A stretch of DNA of 64,000 nucleotides, from positions 68,091 to 132,090 of the IMG/VR virus record IMGVR_UViG_2974497520_000001; one strand, given 5' to 3'. This document shows positions 52,040 to 62,326 of this stretch, one piece after another. The notes beneath the pieces are model-generated. The model was not told the DNA's origin and ran no database searches. It saw only the letters and a list, made by a program, of their open reading frames with translations. Every line of letters begins with the position of its first letter. Position 1 is the stretch's first letter. The position numbers and the translations under genes were made by a program. The stretch comes from a virus.

Positions 52040-52992
52040 TGTATACTTTACAAGAATTTCAGAATCAGGCAATTAATATTGACCTACAAAGGAATAACCT
52101 GTTTAGTGTGGTATTTGCCACAGTTCCTTCTTCTAAATCTCAGACGCTCCTCGACCAGTTCGGTGGAGCTTTATTTAACAATATCCCATTGAATAGCGAT
52201 TTGTTTGGTATTACACAAGGAGAGTTGACCCAAGGTGTTACGACATTAGTGACAGCGGGCACTCAGAAGTTGATTCGTAAGTCAGGCATAAGTAAATATT
52301 TGATTGGAGCTATGTCATCCAGGGTTGTGCAGAGCTTACTAGGAGAGTTTGAAGTAGGTACATATCTGATGGATTTTTTCAATATGGCCTATCCTACGGC
52401 AGGTCTTTTAGTCCACGCCGTTAAAATCCCGGATAATACTTTGAACTATGAAATGGATTTGAACCACAACTCACCTAACATCAAAATTACCGGAAGAGAA
52501 TATTCTCCATTAGTATTAAGCTTCCGTATGGATTCTGAAGCTGCTAACTACCGTGCTTTTAATGATTGGGTTAATAGTGTTCAAGACCCTATTACACAAT
52601 TAAGAGCATTACCCGAGGATGTTGAAGCCGACATTCAAGTCAACCTTCATTCTCGTAATGGATTACCCCATACAGTAGTAATGCTTAATGGTTGTGTTCC
52701 TGTTGGTGTTTCGTCACCGGAATTATCCTACGACGGTGATAACCAAATTGCTTCATTTGATGTTACATTTGCTTATAGAAGTGTACAGACGGGTGCAGTT
52801 GGTAAACAAGCTGCTTATGAGTGGTTGGAAGATAAGATTATTAAAGGCGTCGCTGGGCTAAGTGAGAGCAATTCGCTGAGTTCTTCAGTGGCCAAATTAA
52901 GTAGACTTTCAGGAGCTTCTAGTGGATTAACAGGATTGGTTAATACATTTGGTGGGCGTGCTATTAATAATGGAATATCGAGGCTGTTATAA
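52039..52992 (+). CDS. 54: gp54 tail tube initiator
   Basis: MYTLQEFQNQAINIDLQRNNLFSVVFAT. Confidence 0.95.
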   Translation: MYTLQEFQNQAINIDLQRNNLFSVVFATVPSSKSQTLLDQFGGALFNNIPLNSDLFGITQGELTQGVTTLVTAGTQKLIRKSGISKYLIGAMSSRVVQSLLGEFEVGTYLMDFFNMAYPTAGLLVHAVKIPDNTLNYEMDLNHNSPNIKITGREYSPLVLSFRMDSEAANYRAFNDWVNSVQDPITQLRALPEDVEADIQVNLHSRNGLPHTVVMLNGCVPVGVSSPELSYDGDNQIASFDVTFAYRSVQTGAVGKQAAYEWLEDKIIKGVAGLSESNSLSSSVAKLSRLSGASSGLTGLVNTFGGRAINNGISRLL

Positions 52993-52993
52993 C

Positions 52994-53020
52994 AAAAAAG
53001 GAGAGCATATGCTCTCCTTT
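52994..53020. terminator. Bidirectional terminator between 54 and alt.-3
   Basis: AAAGGAGAGC-ATAT-GCTCTCCTTT. Confidence 0.8.
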
Positions 53021-53026
53021 AGGGGT

Positions 53027-53317
53027 TTATTTACGGAACGAAATGAAACCTGCTGCAGTCATTAATGGCTGCTTTTTAACAAAGACCGTGATAGAAATAG
53101 GAGCTTCAGATTCGAGTTGTCCTGTCACTACACCGTTAAAAATGTTTTCGGTTTGTTCTGGATAAGAAAAATTCTCAACAGGTCGGATATCAAACTGTTT
53201 GTCTTCACCGAAAACTCGACGTAATTCATTACCTACGGCACTGTCAAACTCTTCGGAAGCAGGGATAACGTTTTCAACTACCAGTTCTTGACCATTAAAA
53301 CGGAATGCAGATTTCAT
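53027..53317 (-). CDS. alt.-3: Alt.-3 conserved hypothetical protein
   Basis: MKSAFRFNGQELVVENVIPASEEF; early promoter at 53346-53375 (GTTTACA-17-TACTAT). Confidence 0.85.
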   Translation of the reverse strand: MKSAFRFNGQELVVENVIPASEEFDSAVGNELRRVFGEDKQFDIRPVENFSYPEQTENIFNGVVTGQLESEAPISITVFVKKQPLMTAAGFISFRK

Positions 53318-53374
53318 AATGTTCTCCTCATGTTTGTGTAAGGTAATAGTACCACATCCTTGTGGTGTTGTAAA

Positions 53375-55498
53375 CTACATTTTGAATTTATTTGATAAAG
53401 AAGAGATATCCAAAGACGCGGCAAGGATTTCCATAGCTTCGTTGCTTTCAGAAACGGATTCATTAACCAAGAATTGACTAAATCCATCCATCAGGCGAAC
53501 TTCACCAGTTTCCATCAAATGGTCACCATCGTAAACAGATTCGCTGAGCTCTGAAGGAGGCGTTACGGTAGCTTCCATAAGGTATTTGTGAGATACTCTA
53601 TCATTCATGGCAAAAGCCGCTACTTTATCAACCTTCAACAATAATCCACGCGGAAGGATAATTTCTGCTTCTTCGGCATATTCTGTAAGGTCACCAGGAG
53701 CGATAACTTTAACTGCTTCAGCACCTCGAATAACCATACCAATTTCAGCAATTCTATCTGCAGGACCTTCAGGTGCAATTGGATTACCAAACTCGTCTTC
53801 TTCCCATTCTACCTCTTCGTCATCGACTTCACCCACATCAGATGAACTACCACTAGCCAATTTAAACAACTCATCAGCGGAGGACAAAGAACCTTCACCA
53901 CCAACAAAAACGGCTTGGTTGTCGAGGGCCATATAATTTTTACCGAATTCACCAAAGATGTTAGGCTTTAATGAGGCTGACACAAAGTTCTTAAAGTAAA
54001 ATGTTTTGTTATCGATATTATGGCGCAGAATTTTGTATGGCAAATCCTGACCACGATACAAAATAGTACCCTTAGGAAGTTTAATACCCTTAGTAAATGC
54101 TGAGTCTAAATCCTTAATCAATTTAATAGCCGTTGTATTGTTTTCGGATTCAGGTTTACCTAAAAGGAATAAGTTCATAGGAGCATATTCAGCCGCGCAA
54201 TATTCAATAATAGCATTGCTTTCGTCTTTGGTTAGGTCCTTAGGTTTAATGAGCTCGCCTGAATAAGCATATGCATCACTAATAGAATCGTTAACCAGTT
54301 TATAAACGGCTTCCATAGCGAAAGCAATTCTAGATGCTTTCTCTGAAGGGGAACCCTTAAAACGGGTACTCAGGTTATTAACAATTTTCTTAATAATATC
54401 CAGACTATTGGTTGTATTGATTTGCGAAAGGCCACTTAAAAGTCTATCGACTTCTGTATTAAAAAATGCCATATTATTAGAGTAAATTTCAAACCCTTGT
54501 TTATCTCTATTAGCATAATTTAGTTTAAATTTACTATCAGTCATTAAAGCGTGTGTGAGAGCAATAGTGTATCTAAAGTTGGCAAGGTCCTCGCTCTTAG
54601 ATTTAAACTGAGAAGCCTGACGCATTTTAGTAATGGCACCTTTTTTAAAGTTCTGACTAATCTGTTCAATACCTTCGTTCTCAGGGCCTTCAGCCGTGTG
54701 AACCGGTACAGAAGCTTCAAACTCGTTATAAACCTGCAATTCTTTAGGGGACAAAGTTTCAGGCTCAGCAGTAGAATACTGCGCGGCCGCAGCCATACGA
54801 CGCGAAATCTTAGTACGAGAGATAACGGCCTTATCAGTACGTTTCTCTTCAACTTGTGCAATAGATGCCGCTACGGCTTCTACTTTACTTACGGCCTGGC
54901 CTGTTTTCTTAGAAACATACACTTCGCCAACTTTAGACTCAACTTTAGTATAAAGATCGGCATTAATTTCAGGCATACCCTTGATATCTTCAATATTAGC
55001 ACCGCGACGTACTAAAAGAACGTAGGTATGTTTTCCGCTGAATTGGAACATGTCGTCAACAACTTTAAACTTACCACCGGTACGAGCCATAGCCAAACGA
55101 GCTAATACGCGCTGAACGGTAGGACCTTTACCTTTCATTTTCTTAGTAGGGAAACGGAATAAAACCGCGTCCATTTTAAGTTTGATTATTTGTTCATATA
55201 TGGTATCGAAAATGGTGTTCAGTGTACCGAGTGGATCGGTACCCAAACCACCCTTGAGTTCTGCCGGAGCGCCTTTAGCAGATAAACTCATTAAGATAAC
55301 ATGGACGTACTTATCGCCATTTTTAACCATCTTAATAGCGTCGCCTTCGGACGCATAAGATACCATACGTGCTACTAAATTGTCATTACCAGGAGCATGT
55401 ACCGCAAAAATCTGCGGTACGCCTGAGCCAGGTTTAAGATTTGTTACCGGATAGTTTTTAGCGGAATCGCTATCAAAAACTTCGTTTAAATTTTCCAT
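53375..55498 (-). CDS. alt: Alt-family ADP-ribosyltransferase (third copy)
   Basis: R-S-E motifs LYRGQ, FVSASL, EAEIILPRG. Confidence 0.9.
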   Translation of the reverse strand: MENLNEVFDSDSAKNYPVTNLKPGSGVPQIFAVHAPGNDNLVARMVSYASEGDAIKMVKNGDKYVHVILMSLSAKGAPAELKGGLGTDPLGTLNTIFDTIYEQIIKLKMDAVLFRFPTKKMKGKGPTVQRVLARLAMARTGGKFKVVDDMFQFSGKHTYVLLVRRGANIEDIKGMPEINADLYTKVESKVGEVYVSKKTGQAVSKVEAVAASIAQVEEKRTDKAVISRTKISRRMAAAAQYSTAEPETLSPKELQVYNEFEASVPVHTAEGPENEGIEQISQNFKKGAITKMRQASQFKSKSEDLANFRYTIALTHALMTDSKFKLNYANRDKQGFEIYSNNMAFFNTEVDRLLSGLSQINTTNSLDIIKKIVNNLSTRFKGSPSEKASRIAFAMEAVYKLVNDSISDAYAYSGELIKPKDLTKDESNAIIEYCAAEYAPMNLFLLGKPESENNTTAIKLIKDLDSAFTKGIKLPKGTILYRGQDLPYKILRHNIDNKTFYFKNFVSASLKPNIFGEFGKNYMALDNQAVFVGGEGSLSSADELFKLASGSSSDVGEVDDEEVEWEEDEFGNPIAPEGPADRIAEIGMVIRGAEAVKVIAPGDLTEYAEEAEIILPRGLLLKVDKVAAFAMNDRVSHKYLMEATVTPPSELSESVYDGDHLMETGEVRLMDGFSQFLVNESVSESNEAMEILAASLDISSLSNKFKM

Positions 55499-55525
55499 TA
55501 TTTACCCTTGGATGAATTTTTCTGG
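55485..55525. repeat. 41-bp exact direct repeat spanning alt-alt junctions (second copy at 57534-57574)
   Basis: TTTAAATTTTCCATTATTTACCCTTGGATGAATTTTTCTGG at both junctions. Confidence 0.9.
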
Positions 55526-57547
55526 CGTTTCGTCAAAATTAATACATGAAGCTAAAATAGGCATTATATCCACCTTGGTCGATTTGACGAATGAATCAAA
55601 AGACACAGGGTTGTCGGTCTCTGTTTCTACGCCTTGGTAAACAACCAATTCGCCGGTTTCCATCAATGCATCACCATCATAGATAACCGCATTTTCTGCT
55701 AGTTGGTCTGTGGTCTGGATATCAGCTTCCAATAATTTGGTGTTGTAGTTTCCTTTATATGAGGCATCTGTAATTTTAGTAATCTTAACAGTAGTTCCAC
55801 GTGGAAGAATAACCTCTTGTTCTGTTGGAGAACCTGACAATTTACCTGGCACAATTACGTTAATAGAGTCTGCACCGGAAATTTTCCAACCGATGTTCAT
55901 CATTGTATTTTCGGAACTCGTCAGCATACTTGGAAGAACAATTTCATTATCGCCTTGGAAAGATGTCCCAGCGCGATAGTCCTGATGAACTGCGGCCATT
56001 GCGACGTTTGATACCCAGCCGCCAAAGATAATCGGCTTAAGGGACGTTGATACATAGTTCCTGAAATAAAACAATTTTGAGTGTTTGATTTTATCAAAAG
56101 TGTTAACATTTAAATATTGACCACGCCAAAGTGTAATATCAGGTGGCAATTTATGGCCAATTTCAAATGCTGCATCCATATCATTAATTACTTCAATTAC
56201 ACGATAACTATCAATAAATTCTGCATCCTCTTCATAATAATTACCCAACAAATAATTATTAACATCGGTATAATATTGGCCACAATAAGAAGAAATAGCC
56301 TCACGCTGCTCATACTCAAATCGATTATCGCTATAACTGGCTGTAAAATGCATAACACTTTCTGACGCTTCATTAGCAAAGTCGGTAACAGCAGCACTTA
56401 TACGTTGAGCATACTCTTGTTCCCAAAGCTCTGCTGCATATTCTGCCGCATCCATATTAGGAGGAGCCTCATTCATTTTTCTTTCAATAAATGCAGCTTT
56501 GCGAAGGTTAAGAACCTCTGCACATGATTCGGCAAAAATCTGCATCTGCTTCATACTGCCGACAGGAGCACGTTTAAGTTCACGATGCATACGGTTAAAA
56601 ATTGGGTCAGAGTCTTCGACTCGAATTTCTTCTTTCCAAACACCGTTTGCTCGCATAGCCATATCTGCCGCGCGCATACGCTCCATAGTATTCGTTTCAG
56701 AAGGTTGAATAAAAATTTCTAGTTCTTCATAATCATCGATAAGTTCCGCTGTTGCTGGGGCACTAAATTTTGATGCCTCTGCATCAATCTCATTCCAACC
56801 TTCCGGAACTTCATCTCGAGGAGAATACTGGGCTGCGGCTACAGCACGCCTAGAAATCTTAGTAGTAGTAATAACGGCCTTATCCGTACGTTTTTCTTCG
56901 ACTGCCGCTATACTAGCAGATAGTGCTTCTATTTTGGTTACCGATTGGCCTGTTTTCTTGGATACATAAACCTCACCAACTTTAGACTCAACCTTAGTGT
57001 AAAGGTCTGCATCAATTTCAGGCATACCTTTTATGTCCTCAATATTAGCTTGTTTACGGACCAGTAAAACGTATGTATGTTTGCCTGTAAATTGATACAT
57101 ATCATCGACAACTTTAAACTTGCCGCCAGTACGAGCCATCGCCAAACGTGCCAATACACGTTGAACAGTAGGACCCTTACCTTTCATTTTCTTGGTAGGG
57201 AACCGGAAAAGAACTGCATCCATTTTAAGTTTGTTTACTTGTTCGTATACAGTATCAAAAATGGTATTCAGCGTACCAAGTGGGTCAGAACCTAACCCAC
57301 CTTTCAACTCGGCTGGGCTACCCTTAGCAGACAAACTCATCAAAATAACATGAACATATTTGTCGCCCGGCTTAACCATTTTAATAGCGTCTCCTTGAGA
57401 CGCATAAGATACCATACGAGCAACCAGATTATCATTACCTGGTGCTTGGATAGAGAAAATCTGTGGAATACCGGAACCCGGTTTAAGATTTGTTACTGGA
57501 TAGTTTTTAGCGGAATCACTATCAAAAACCTCATTTAAATTTTCCAT
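55502..57547 (-). CDS. alt: Alt-family ADP-ribosyltransferase (second copy)
   Basis: LWRGQ, YVSTSL, EQEVILPRG. Confidence 0.9.
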   Translation of the reverse strand: MENLNEVFDSDSAKNYPVTNLKPGSGIPQIFSIQAPGNDNLVARMVSYASQGDAIKMVKPGDKYVHVILMSLSAKGSPAELKGGLGSDPLGTLNTIFDTVYEQVNKLKMDAVLFRFPTKKMKGKGPTVQRVLARLAMARTGGKFKVVDDMYQFTGKHTYVLLVRKQANIEDIKGMPEIDADLYTKVESKVGEVYVSKKTGQSVTKIEALSASIAAVEEKRTDKAVITTTKISRRAVAAAQYSPRDEVPEGWNEIDAEASKFSAPATAELIDDYEELEIFIQPSETNTMERMRAADMAMRANGVWKEEIRVEDSDPIFNRMHRELKRAPVGSMKQMQIFAESCAEVLNLRKAAFIERKMNEAPPNMDAAEYAAELWEQEYAQRISAAVTDFANEASESVMHFTASYSDNRFEYEQREAISSYCGQYYTDVNNYLLGNYYEEDAEFIDSYRVIEVINDMDAAFEIGHKLPPDITLWRGQYLNVNTFDKIKHSKLFYFRNYVSTSLKPIIFGGWVSNVAMAAVHQDYRAGTSFQGDNEIVLPSMLTSSENTMMNIGWKISGADSINVIVPGKLSGSPTEQEVILPRGTTVKITKITDASYKGNYNTKLLEADIQTTDQLAENAVIYDGDALMETGELVVYQGVETETDNPVSFDSFVKSTKVDIMPILASCINFDETPEKFIQG

Positions 57548-57550
57548 TAT

Positions 57551-59635
57551 TTACCCTTGGATGAATTTTTCTGGGATGTCATAGAGGTCTATGCATGAAG
57601 CCAAAAGAGGCAGTACATCAAACCGTGTAGATTTAACAAATGAATCAAAAGATAAGGGGCTTTCGGAAGTATCGAAGTCATCTTGATATACGACCAACTC
57701 GCCGGTTTCCATTAGTACATCACCATCATATACCACAGATTCTTGAAGCTCATCTGTTGTCATAACTTCAGCTTGAATGAGTTTTGTATTACTAGATGTT
57801 GTTCCATCATTATTAGAAGCATCTGTTATTTTATTAACTTTGACCATTAATCCACGCGGTAGAATAACTTCGGCTTCAGTTGCTATTCCGAGATTTCCTG
57901 GATATACGACATTAACTTTATGGGCCCCATCAATAGCCCATCCTATTTGAACTTTAACATAATCAGGATTTTCTTTATATGCTCTTATTTCATTAGGATT
58001 AATAGTTATTCCTTCTTCATTTTTATCGACTGTCAATTCATTGCGAACTTCAGGTTCTAAAAGACCGATACCAGCGTGCGTAACACCAAAACGTCCGAAA
58101 ATTATAGGGGTCAATGAAGTGGATACAAAATTTCTAAAATAAAACACTTTATTTTTAACTAGTGCTTCGTATATAGGAGCAGTCATACTCTGGGCACGAT
58201 AAACTGTGATGCCCTCTGGTATACGGTCGCCATTTTCAAAAGCAGAATCCAAATTATTAACTGCAGATTCGATATCTTTTTCGCTCATAACCTCATAGTT
58301 CTGAGGATTATAACGTCCTAAAAGAAGATTATTTATGTCTGTATATCCTGAACCACAATATTCTCTGATACCACGCTTTTGTGATGGAGTATATTTAGAA
58401 CCCTCACGAGCAATAGTAATATCGACCATAATACCGCCACCTACACCAGCAAAACTATACACGCGTTTTTTAATGAACTTGGTCTTGGCCGCTTTCCACT
58501 TGGCCTCTGTCAATTCGTTCCAAAGGTCATCAGGTTGGCCTTTACGGGTTCTGTTATGAATAGCCAGCCACTCGCCTTTGTATTCTTCGAAAATGGTATT
58601 AATAGTAGAGGCATATTTTTCTAGGGCTTTAACAGATGTCAAAGGTTCGTTTTTGATGGCCGTAAGGATTTTCTCTTTAATTTTCTCTTGGATTTCGCCA
58701 ATACCGTGAAGTGGGAACAATTTGTAATCGTAATGCAATTCTTCAGCAGTGCCTTCAGCCACTATATTAGCAACCTTATTTTTAGCCGCAGGAGAATTGT
58801 TATTAGTAACCATTTCCTGAGCCTCAGGGATTAATGGAACTGTTGCCGGTTTATTAAAATCTACTGCAGTAGCTTCATATTTCTTAAACAGCTCACTTTC
58901 ATTACGATAAGATTCTAACGATTGACTTGCTGCAATGGCACGTCGAGAAATCTTAGTCTTGGTTATAACCATTTTATCAGTGCGACGTTCTTCAACCTTA
59001 GCAATACTACCGGCAATAGCAGTTTCTTTAGTAACCTGCATGCCTTCTTTTTTGGAAATATAAACTTCGCCGACATCAGAATCTACCTTAGTATACAATT
59101 CAGCATTAATTCCAGGCATACCTTTGATATCTTCTATATCAGCTTGTTTACGAACTACCAGGATGTAAGTATGTTTACCGGTAAATTGGTACATAGCCGG
59201 AACTACTTTAAAACGTCCACCTGTTTTCTGTGCTACCAAACGTTGGATAATCCGTTGAACGATAGGGCCTTGACCTTTCATTTTCTTAGTAGGGAAACGG
59301 AACATCACGGCATCCATACGAAGCTTTTTAACTTGGTCATAAACCACATCAAAAATAGTATTAATCGCATCTACGGGAGTAGGGCCTAGGCCACCTTTAA
59401 GTTCGGCAGGCGAACCTTTAGCTGAAAGGCTCATAAGGATAACGTGGGCATATTTATCACCCATCTTAACCTGTTTAATAGCATCACCTTCAGAAGCGTA
59501 GGATACCATACGCGCCACTAATTGGGATTCTGCGTCACCAATCTTCCAAATCTGGGGTACTTTAAGTTTTGGGTTCAAGTTTACTGTAGGCAGTGTGCCT
59601 TCGGACTCAAACACTTCATTTAATTGTTCGGTCAT
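57551..59635 (-). CDS. alt: Alt-family ADP-ribosyltransferase (first copy)
   Basis: MTEQLNEVFES; VYRAQ, FVSTSL, EAEVILPRG; CATAAATA late-like promoter at 59658-59665. Confidence 0.92.
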   Translation of the reverse strand: MTEQLNEVFESEGTLPTVNLNPKLKVPQIWKIGDAESQLVARMVSYASEGDAIKQVKMGDKYAHVILMSLSAKGSPAELKGGLGPTPVDAINTIFDVVYDQVKKLRMDAVMFRFPTKKMKGQGPIVQRIIQRLVAQKTGGRFKVVPAMYQFTGKHTYILVVRKQADIEDIKGMPGINAELYTKVDSDVGEVYISKKEGMQVTKETAIAGSIAKVEERRTDKMVITKTKISRRAIAASQSLESYRNESELFKKYEATAVDFNKPATVPLIPEAQEMVTNNNSPAAKNKVANIVAEGTAEELHYDYKLFPLHGIGEIQEKIKEKILTAIKNEPLTSVKALEKYASTINTIFEEYKGEWLAIHNRTRKGQPDDLWNELTEAKWKAAKTKFIKKRVYSFAGVGGGIMVDITIAREGSKYTPSQKRGIREYCGSGYTDINNLLLGRYNPQNYEVMSEKDIESAVNNLDSAFENGDRIPEGITVYRAQSMTAPIYEALVKNKVFYFRNFVSTSLTPIIFGRFGVTHAGIGLLEPEVRNELTVDKNEEGITINPNEIRAYKENPDYVKVQIGWAIDGAHKVNVVYPGNLGIATEAEVILPRGLMVKVNKITDASNNDGTTSSNTKLIQAEVMTTDELQESVVYDGDVLMETGELVVYQDDFDTSESPLSFDSFVKSTRFDVLPLLASCIDLYDIPEKFIQG

Positions 59636-59669
59636 AATAATTCCTCTTTAATAACCTTATTTATGCCAG

Positions 59670-59688
59670 AAAAGGCCCGAAGGCCTTT
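59670..59688 (-). terminator. Terminator after alt.1
   Basis: GGCC-TTCG-GGCC-TTTT. Confidence 0.8.
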
Positions 59689-59689
59689 A

Positions 59690-59872
59690 TTAAAGTACTA
59701 ACAGCGTACGGTACACTTCAAATTTAGGACCCTTTTCATAGCGGTCGAAATTATCTTTAAAATCAGCGAACGCGATTTCATTTTCAAATTCAAGGACAAT
59801 TTGGGACACTGCAGTGGAGACATCCCCACCTTCTTTATATCCAATAACCACGGTTTCTAAATAAGCTTTCAT
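59690..59872 (-). CDS. alt.1: Alt.1
   Basis: MKAYLETVVIGYKEGGDVSTAVSQI...YEKGPKFEVYRTLL. Confidence 0.85.
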   Translation of the reverse strand: MKAYLETVVIGYKEGGDVSTAVSQIVLEFENEIAFADFKDNFDRYEKGPKFEVYRTLLVL

Positions 59873-59873
59873 A

Positions 59874-61397
59874 TTATAGACCAGTTTGAGACCAATCACC
59901 GAATACATCTTCAAATGTATCAGCTTCTGTTTTATCGAAACGCCAACCTTTAATAATTGGAAGGAAAATACCTACAGTATCGGTACGTCCTTTAGAATGA
60001 ACCCAACCATTACATTCACAGTCGGCAATACGGCCAATCAATTTACCTTCACGAGCTTGTTTCATAAGAAGTTCACGGTCTAAATCAGGCCGGTCTTCCA
60101 ATGGAATCAATACCTTTTTACCTGATTTATCTTTCTTATGGGTGGTATCTTTAAAGCCTGAACCACAGTCACTTGTAATTCGACGACAACGTGATACTAA
60201 TTCAACACCACCAAGTTTGTTAGGGTCCTTCGAGTGTTCATAATAACCTACTACTTCTAAAGCAATATCGATTACTTCTTTGAACTTGATAAGATTCTTA
60301 GAACGGCGGTTTTCCCAGTAGGAGTCCATGTTCTTAAGGATAATACCTTCCAGACCTTGGTCGACATATTTCTTATAAACGACTTTAGCTTCTTCAAGAT
60401 TATTAACCCACTGGTTTTCGATAGCTTCAACACGCGTTGTGCCATGCAATACGACATTATGAGCCACCATAAGTTCTAAGGCTGTAAAGCGTACATCATA
60501 CTTATCACCTTTAATTTTGCCTTCAGAATACACGACATCCAGTGGGACATAATCCCATGCCTGTAATACCATACCAGCGGCTTCAGATGGGGTGATAGTT
60601 CCTTGAAGAGCCTTATTAGCCAATCCATTTGACGTAGAACGATCGGCGACAGTTTGGAATTCTTTGGCTTTACTTAATTCAGGAAGTTCCTCGTCAAACA
60701 TACTAAACAAATCATTAGATGCTTTAGGTTCAACTTTAGGAGTATGGTAAACTAATTCGCCATCAATCATAACGCCATTAGGATGACGTTGACGAGCTTC
60801 TTCGGTCATCGCCATTAATTCAGCAGCTAAAAGATGAAGCCCTTGGTATTCATTACCACCACGAGTAAGGAATGTCACACCATCGTTACGAACTTCGGCA
60901 AAACAACGAGCACCATCAGCTTTTAATTGAGCAAACGCTGGCCATTTAATATTTTTCTTAATCAAAGCTTCATCATAAGAACTCGCCAACATCTGCTGTT
61001 GTTCAGGGATTAAACCTTTCCAAACCTTGTTAGCAATAGAAATCGATGCACCACATTCAAGGTCGCGCATCATTACACGACGTAATACCTCGGCATCCGG
61101 GGCCTTAGCATCAGCAATGATTTGAGCCAGTTCTTCAATAGCCGCATTACCCGTAATCTTACGTGTGGCTAATGTGAATTCAGCGAAATCAAGAAGGTCC
61201 TCAAGAGTAATCATACCAAAGGATTGAGATGTAAATCCAGGTTCTGGCCACTTTTTAATACCGTAGTTCAGACGACGGGTATAAGCCATACGATAAACAC
61301 GTTTCAGAAGCTCATTGTCCTTTTCACGAGCAATAATGGCTTCTTTAGCTTTAGTAGAATCAATAGCAGCAATTTCGTTTAAAATATCTAAAATCAT
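59874..61397 (-). CDS. 30: gp30 ATP-dependent DNA ligase
   Basis: MILDILNEI start; QLKADGAR motif I, IDGEL, EGIILK, IKFK. Confidence 0.97.
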   Translation of the reverse strand: MILDILNEIAAIDSTKAKEAIIAREKDNELLKRVYRMAYTRRLNYGIKKWPEPGFTSQSFGMITLEDLLDFAEFTLATRKITGNAAIEELAQIIADAKAPDAEVLRRVMMRDLECGASISIANKVWKGLIPEQQQMLASSYDEALIKKNIKWPAFAQLKADGARCFAEVRNDGVTFLTRGGNEYQGLHLLAAELMAMTEEARQRHPNGVMIDGELVYHTPKVEPKASNDLFSMFDEELPELSKAKEFQTVADRSTSNGLANKALQGTITPSEAAGMVLQAWDYVPLDVVYSEGKIKGDKYDVRFTALELMVAHNVVLHGTTRVEAIENQWVNNLEEAKVVYKKYVDQGLEGIILKNMDSYWENRRSKNLIKFKEVIDIALEVVGYYEHSKDPNKLGGVELVSRCRRITSDCGSGFKDTTHKKDKSGKKVLIPLEDRPDLDRELLMKQAREGKLIGRIADCECNGWVHSKGRTDTVGIFLPIIKGWRFDKTEADTFEDVFGDWSQTGL

Positions 61398-61407
61398 AAT
61401 CACCTCA

Positions 61408-61686
61408 TTAGTCATGGATTCTATTATAAGCCACATCAGCCAAAAGCAAGTCTAATCGCTTATGATAAGAGAACACAAATCTCATTCGCCCATCAGATTT
61501 GAACTTGGACATAAAGTGGACATAAATGAATCCCTGTTCGACGCATTCGCGCCAAACAGGATGGTCTTTAGCCGGATTTACATCAAATGAGTAATCATGA
61601 TTCACATGACGAATAAACTGGTTTACATGACCATAATCCATTGTAGTGGTAGGACCATAGTCTGAAATTGTATGAACTACAAACAT
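61408..61686 (-). CDS. 30.1: gp30.1
   Basis: MFVVHTI...DYGHVNQF...CVEQGFIYV. Confidence 0.85.
   Translation of the reverse strand: MFVVHTISDYGPTTTMDYGHVNQFIRHVNHDYSFDVNPAKDHPVWRECVEQGFIYVHFMSKFKSDGRMRFVFSYHKRLDLLLADVAYNRIHD
61423..61450 (-). promoter_or_regulatory. MotA middle promoter for gene 30
   Basis: CTTGCTTTT, 13-nt spacer, TATAAT. Confidence 0.8.
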
Positions 61687-61687
61687 A

Positions 61688-62326
61688 TTAACCTCGAGCA
61701 ATCCATTCAACTGCGGCATTATTACGAAGGGATTCGATTGCTGCGATATCGTCCCATGAATTAACCTTTACGGCCAAATTAGGTTTAAAGTCACGTTCAC
61801 CACGAGCCAACCAATAAACTTGGATATCCATGAGAACATTAGATGCGGCATCACAGTGGTGAGCCAAATCATCAACATAAAACTTAATACGTTTACCGTA
61901 CGTATTTTTAGCTCTTATGAAGAGGTCTTCTTTTGATTCTGAATGACCACACATCAGAATCTCCTTGAATGCGCCAGGGAACAAAGCATTCAAATTGAAT
62001 TGTCTATTCAGCAGTGCATCAATTGAGTCGCCTAGCGCAGTCACGGCTACAAAATCGAAGTCTTTTTTGAGCTTGTTGATATGTTTTAATGCGTCCATGT
62101 AAGGAGACAGATAACGAATAAAATCTGACTGATTGTACTTCTCGATTAAACGAGCGCCTAATTCATTATCACAATTAAACAGCTCACCAGGAGATAAGAA
62201 ACGTTCGTCCTGAATCATATTCAAAATATGTTCTAAAGGCAAATTATATTTCTGTGCGAAATAAGGCAAGCCGGACTGCCAACTTAAACATACTCCATCG
62301 ATATCTGTTAAGATAACTGGTTTCAT
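61688..62326 (-). CDS. 30.2: gp30.2 HAD-superfamily phosphatase-like protein
   Basis: TDIDG motif I and YVDD motif IV. Confidence 0.9.
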   Translation of the reverse strand: MKPVILTDIDGVCLSWQSGLPYFAQKYNLPLEHILNMIQDERFLSPGELFNCDNELGARLIEKYNQSDFIRYLSPYMDALKHINKLKKDFDFVAVTALGDSIDALLNRQFNLNALFPGAFKEILMCGHSESKEDLFIRAKNTYGKRIKFYVDDLAHHCDAASNVLMDIQVYWLARGERDFKPNLAVKVNSWDDIAAIESLRNNAAVEWIARG

